Positions 58,501 to 64,000 of a stretch of 64,000 bases of DNA are shown in pieces. The position numbers and the translations under genes were made by a program. The notes beneath the pieces were generated by a model that was not told the DNA's origin, made no database searches, and saw only the letters and a program-made list of their open reading frames with translations. The stretch comes from Pavona decussata (Eukaryota), in the NCBI GenBank assembly GCA_977016875.1, contig CDRNST010000123.1, forward strand, positions 2,852,001-2,916,000. The letters run 5' to 3'. Each line of letters begins with the position of its first letter. Position 1 is the first letter of the stretch.

Positions 58501-61259
58501 GATTAAAGGAAGTTAATTTTCGTCCGAACACTTTAGATTGTTCCAAAATTTGCATTTGAAAGGTCACAACAAGCCTTTATTAGCTCCGTCGGTGAGTGGG
58601 CACTGGATATTCAAAAAGTGTTTGTGTTTTGAATTCCTGCCAGTCTTCTCAACAAATCAGCTGTCGGATCATGTTGCCCTGCTCAAAAGCAGGGGATTTA
58701 AGTTAAATACCGTGAATTGTTGATTTTAAATTTACTCCGTGTAAGGTTTTGTCATTATTGCGACGTAATTCGCTCAAGAAGTAGTTTAAAACATTGCACT
58801 GCTGGTCGAAAAATTTCCGCTCTGATACAAATTTAGTAAGGTTTGGCTTTCGTCACAAAAACCTCCAACGTTGTTTTCTCAAGTTTTGCTAAAGGTGAGT
58901 TTGATTTGATTCCGTAGTTAGTGCGCTTTCCAAAGTGTTTGTTCAACAACATTCTAGTGAAGCTTGGAGAGACTCGACCCCTGTGTGTCGAAAACGAATC
59001 TATAATGGTGGCTTAATAATATCGATTGCTAACGCAAACGTGGATAAGAAGGAACTCCTAGCTGAGTTTTTGTAACGCAAACAAAAAGTTGTTTTGTCTT
59101 TTTTACTTAGAACTTCCCATTGTTGAGTTTAAAAGCGGAAAAAATTAGCGCGATCGAGCGTAGAAAGTAACTTTAGTAAGTAAACTTTACGATTGGTGCT
59201 CAGTTTCATAGCACCATCGCTTGTCAGTTGTCTATGGTTACAATAGTATGCATGGTAATGTTGTACAAGACTTTCTAGTCGAGAGGAAGTTTTTCGGTAG
59301 CCGATTAAAAATTTAAAGCTTCGTCAACAAACTCTGGTTAGATCAGACTACAAATATGTCTCCCGGGCGGATCACATGTTCTAAAAGCAAGATGGCAACT
59401 TTCACATAACAGTATCGATGTGTAGCCAAAAGTTCTTTGGATTCTAAGCGTGAGCCCGAAAAAACTGAACGGCCCGCCTGGGATCTTTGAATTGGAAGTG
59501 GTTTTCGCCGGCTACGAGAATCGTGTGATCGATCTAAAAACGTCAAGCCGACCGCGACAAGTGCGACTGGTAATGTATTGAATTCTAATGTTTATGGCAA
59601 TTTAACATTTAGAAGGCTACCGTCATTTTGTGGAGAATATTTAGAGTTTCGTTCTCGTTTCACGAGTGTTCTAGATTTTAAACTTTAGTTACTTGTGAAT
59701 CTTATTAATTAAATGGCGTAGATATAGCCGGTAGGGTGTAAATCTAAAATTATTATCAGTGACAAACCCGGCTGGACCAGCTGTAGAGAAGCGTAAGGGG
59801 GAGAACACCAGCGAAAATGAGAACGAACTTGACCAGACAAATTGATTGAAGCTTATTTCTGATGTTTAATGATTCTTAAATGCCACACTTCGAGTCATTT
59901 AAAAGAATTGCATGGATCACGCGTTGGTCATGGTTTTAATTTGTGTTCGGTGGACCAGTGGCGTCTTTCACTTTGATTTTTTAAAAGCTCTATTATAAAT
60001 AGCAACTCAATTTCTCAATCTCGTACTCTTGCTATTTCGACCATGGCAAAACAAGCCAAACCACAATTACGTTTCATTCCTCAGCCTAACAAAATGCGCA
60101 ATTTTCTGTCCCACTTTTTCTCTCGCACCAGTCCTTCCCGCCATTTTCAATCTACGCGGGAAAAATTGCAATGTGTTCTTTCTCGGTGGGAGCTTCCAGG
60201 TCGTAGGAATGATGGAATCTCACCCACAAAATGCCGAATCACTTCCCTTTCGTTCAAGTTTCCACGTAAGTAACCGATCAAGGAGTTATTAGCGTTAAAG
60301 TGGTTGTAAAGTAATCTTCAATGAGCCATAACTGAACTCAAAAGTGACTGTAAACCAACCGTGACAAATGTATGCAGGAATGCAGATTTTTGTTTATATT
60401 GATATTTTTCGACTTAACTTAAGCCTTACATCTAACGGTTCCCGCTTATATTTTAACTGCATCAGTTTTGAATCGAGCATTCAGTTAGCTCGCTCGCTAA
60501 ATGTACCAGTTTATCTAGAATATGAAACTCGGAGGATCCCATACACAGCTGATATATTCAGAGATCCTCTAGCTTATACCGCGGCGCCGTGAATTGACAT
60601 TTGATCGGGGCTGCATTTCGAGACAAGGCGATAAAATAGAGGTGATAACTTCTTTTCTCATTCAAATTAAGCTTGTAGTTCGAACCTGGCCAATCTTAAC
60701 TTTATGAAATATAGAGCTACATGTATACTATGAGTGAATTATATGACAGGATTAAGCAATACATCTACATGTAGATAGAGTCAAAAAATTGAATGTAACA
60801 GAATCCAGGGCCTAAACGAGTTCTAGAAAATGTGTCTCAGGGTTGAAGGTCCCATAAGGCATTAGGGATATTTGGTAATAATGTTACAAGGGCAAGGTTA
60901 CAGGGTATTTTAGCTTAAAGGGAGTTAAAAAGTTCTACACCATTCACTCGCAGTTCCCACCATCCCCCTTGTCTCCAACCTCTTTTCTGTTGCCTACTGT
61001 TGACTTCTCCTCACCCCACCCCACCTTGGACCTCCCTGTTCCCTCCCCCACCAATAATTTCCTGTTCAAGGTTTACCACCTAAAAATAAATTCCTTTTTT
61101 TTTTTTTTTTACTTTGCTCTTTTATGGGGGTGCAAACGAAGCCATTATATTTTTTCTTAATAAATACCACTTTTTAATTTTGTTTCAATGTTTCAATTTT
61201 CAGGACCAACAAGTACTTTAGCAAGCTGTCTTTAACTGTAACTGACAAGAGAGGTTCCT

Positions 61260-64000
61260 ATGGGAATTTCGACACTTTCAAACAGAACTGTTAAACTTAA
61301 CAGAAGTGACGAAGAGGACAGCAAGAAAGAAGAAAAACATATGCCTACAGTCAAGCCTCAAAATATCAAAACTAAAGCACCACAGCTGGCAGCAAAAGTT
61401 CAAGGAAGTATGTAAAACTATGTAATACAAGCTTGTCAGGCCATGTTCACTCTATTGCGTGGTTCCAGAAAATATCCATACCCACCCCATGGAAAGTCAT
61501 TGGAAATTCTGAGGGGGTGGGGTATCAAAAGCCAAAAGTTTTAAAGGAAAGTATTAAGCTAAATTTCCTGTGGGAAGAGGGGGTGCAAAACAATAAACCT
61601 TCTGTGGGGGGAGTGTGGATATTTTCTGTAACTACACATTCCAGATTTAGCTGTTCATGCTAACTTAAGTGTGAACGTCAATATTCACTTGAATCATGGA
61701 GGACAAAAATGTCTTGGCACAATTCTATTGATGAATATATTTCCCAGCAACCAAGCATCATCCATTACCGGCTGTGTTGACTCAACAGGCAAATGAAGTG
61801 GATGCAGTTGTTTCGCAGTAGGCTGGAGGCCTTTCTTACTTATTTTGCAAGAAGTAAATAAATATATGTTATGAGCCTGTATAAACTCACTAGCCATGGG
61901 AAAAGAAAAACCCACTGTCCTTTCAGACACACATTTCAGTCAAATTTGTTGCACTCATGTCATAATATTGACCCTCCCTAAAAAGGAATTTGGACCATTC
62001 TTAGACACTGCAAAGTGATAGTCAAATTGTAAGATAGGTATAAATTTAAAAGGGTGCAGTTACACAATGTCCCGGTACTTTGTTAAAAGGCCCTGACATG
62101 GAAACTTCCATTGGGTTTGTGTAACCATTCCTGCTAGTGGAAAATTTAACATCAGTGGGAAGTTGCTCTCGATTTAAAAAAATAAAAATAAAAAGAAAGG
62201 AAAATAGAAGCACCAATGGCATTTACTCACAAATATGTGGTAAAAAGCTTGGGTGTTTGACTAGCTGATGTAAGTAGACAAATCACAATTCTTCATTCAA
62301 GATCACCAATAACTGCAAAGAGAGTTAAAAATTATCATGGTTTACAAATAAAATTATGTGCAAGTCTTAATACCTTGGTTAACAAAATCCCAAATGTGAT
62401 TTCCTGCAAGTTCCTTCATTCACCATAGGAATTAAAGAGACTGAGTCTATAACTGAGCCTACAGTCACCATGCTCAAGATTTTACACAATGGACATGAAT
62501 CCTGCCCTTATTACGAAAGGGTTGTCAAAAGTAGGCTCACTGACAGCAGCTGGCGAAGATCATCATCTACTTCATGATCTTGGCTGGCTACCCTGCTGGG
62601 CTATTTGTGTGATCCTTTAAAAGTCACTGCCTTCTCCAACAATAAGGTCACCTACTTCTACTGTTTAAAGGGGAAATATCATGCAAATGTGACATCATTT
62701 CAAAATCCAAAAATGTTTGTCTTTCAATTGAAACAAAAAAAAAATAGTTGTCTAGTTTTGTTATGAATAATATCACCCCAGTGCAATGAAACTGCCGATA
62801 AGTGCCTCTGGCCAGAGACAGAGTGGGTCAGAATGGATTGAAACTTGAAAAATGTTAGGCTAACATTTTTCAAGTTCTCGCATTTTTGTTTCTAAAATGC
62901 GCTTGGCTAGAACAAATCACAAGTTGTTCCTTTCAAGAATTGAGTTGATTCCTTTCTTCTGGTTGTTCTTGAATTATTATGTAGCTAAGTGAAGGTCCTA
63001 TTTTCCATTTTTAACAAAAGAGGTCAAAAACCCCAAGACACTTCCCCTTTAAGGATTAAAAAAAATGTACTGATTTTTTCCTTTATTCACAGTACCATGG
63101 TGGATGGTATTTGCTGTTGGTTTGCTGGGGCTTCTTGTAGTTGCCATCTGCTGCTATTGTGTGTGTTATCGCAAATGTTGCAAGAAAAAGAAAAAGGAGG
63201 AGAAAAAAGCAGTCAAAGAAAAAGTGGATTTGAAAGCTGTACAGATGCTGGCGGCAAGCTACCAGGAAAAAGTTCAACCATCTGTCGATGAGTTAGATTA
63301 CAACAGTGATGAATTCCAATCTGATGGTAGTTCAGGAGTTAAAATAGGTATAAAGCAATACTAGTAACAATCAAATATTACAGAGTGCATTCGATGATCT
63401 CAATCCCAGCCTCTTTCTCCTTAGCCAAGTTGGTGATGATGCCATCCGCCCCTGCAAAATCTGCAAGGGATGCCAGATACGCGTCCCAAGATCCATCCAT
63501 TCATTGATTGTCCCACATAATCTCGACTTCAATGTGTATTAGGAGTGCGTTCTTTCTACATCAAATGCCAATTATTCATGCATTCTGAACTTGTTATTTC
63601 TTTATTAGGCTCACTTGACCTGATCCTTCTCAAAATGTTTTACCGTGTCGGCAGATTATCATAAGTGGTGTAACATATCATATGATCAGGCTCTTTTTCT
63701 TGGTAAACTGTTCTTGGAGGAAATGTGAAAAGAAAAATTTTACTGACTGACTGATTAAGATCTGCATAAGAGCGCTGTAAAAATTAGGCTGATTGCAGGT
63801 GAAGGTAGAAGGGTGTAGACTGTCCTTACTTGTCAGTCAATCTTCAGCCCTAACCAGGATAGTTGTTTGGAAATATTTTACTTACTTACACCTTCAAACT
63901 TAGTTGCTGTGCTAACATTAAATTTCACTTTATGATTGAATTTCTCGAATAGGTCGGATCCACTTCACTTTAGACTACAATTTCAATGACAACACTCTCA
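61260..64000 (+). CDS. SYT1: Synaptotagmin-1-like protein (5' part; continues beyond the window)
   Basis: Exons 61260-61407, 63093-63347, 63953-end (phases 1 and 1). Lumenal N-terminus with NRT/NRS sequons; TM IPWWMVFAVGLLGLLVVAICCYCVCYRKCCKKKKK; linker VDLKAVQMLAASYQEKVQPSVDEL resembles the invertebrate Syt1 linker; C2A start KIGRIHFTLDYNF. Confidence 0.88.
61456..61638. mobile_element. MITE (same family as 7727-7918)
   Basis: TGCGTGGTTCCAGAAAATATCCATACCC...GTGTGGATATTTTCTGTAACTACACA. Confidence 0.78.
62669..63048. mobile_element. Non-autonomous element with TTAA TSD (Kolobok-like)
   Basis: TTAA|AGGGGAA...TTCCCCT|TTAA, ending 44 bp before the SYT1 exon acceptor. Confidence 0.6.

Overview
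Eukaryotic, intron-rich, AT-rich genomic DNA with two N-gaps (2047-2271, 8946-9119). The repeat complement (tRNA-headed SINEs, many MITEs) and the gene set suggest an anthozoan, probably a stony coral (inference). From left to right: (1) the 5' end of a minus-strand gene encoding a type II membrane-anchor N-terminus, head-to-head with (2) a complete 11-coding-exon WDR45/WIPI4 autophagy gene (6380-14625, 343 aa). (3) An orphan 317-aa ORF with disrupted flanking frames. (4) Three plus-strand synaptotagmins: two atypical, probably Ca2+-insensitive paralogues with identical intron positions (25765-27951, 53454-55580) and a Syt1-like gene that runs off the window end (61260-64000). (5) Between the first two synaptotagmins, three paralogues with intronless CDSs and an unusual architecture: predicted N-myristoyl/palmitoyl anchor, BTB, BTB, BACK, Kelch. 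One is intact (minus strand), one is a pseudogene and one has a 1-nt frameshift near the C-terminus. The two plus-strand copies have a near-identical BTB/BACK scaffold but divergent Kelch loops, and a symmetric bidirectional promoter appears to lie at ~40.5-40.8 kb. This candidate membrane-tethered Cullin-3 adaptor family is the most novel element. Intergenic and intronic DNA holds many nested MITEs and SINEs.
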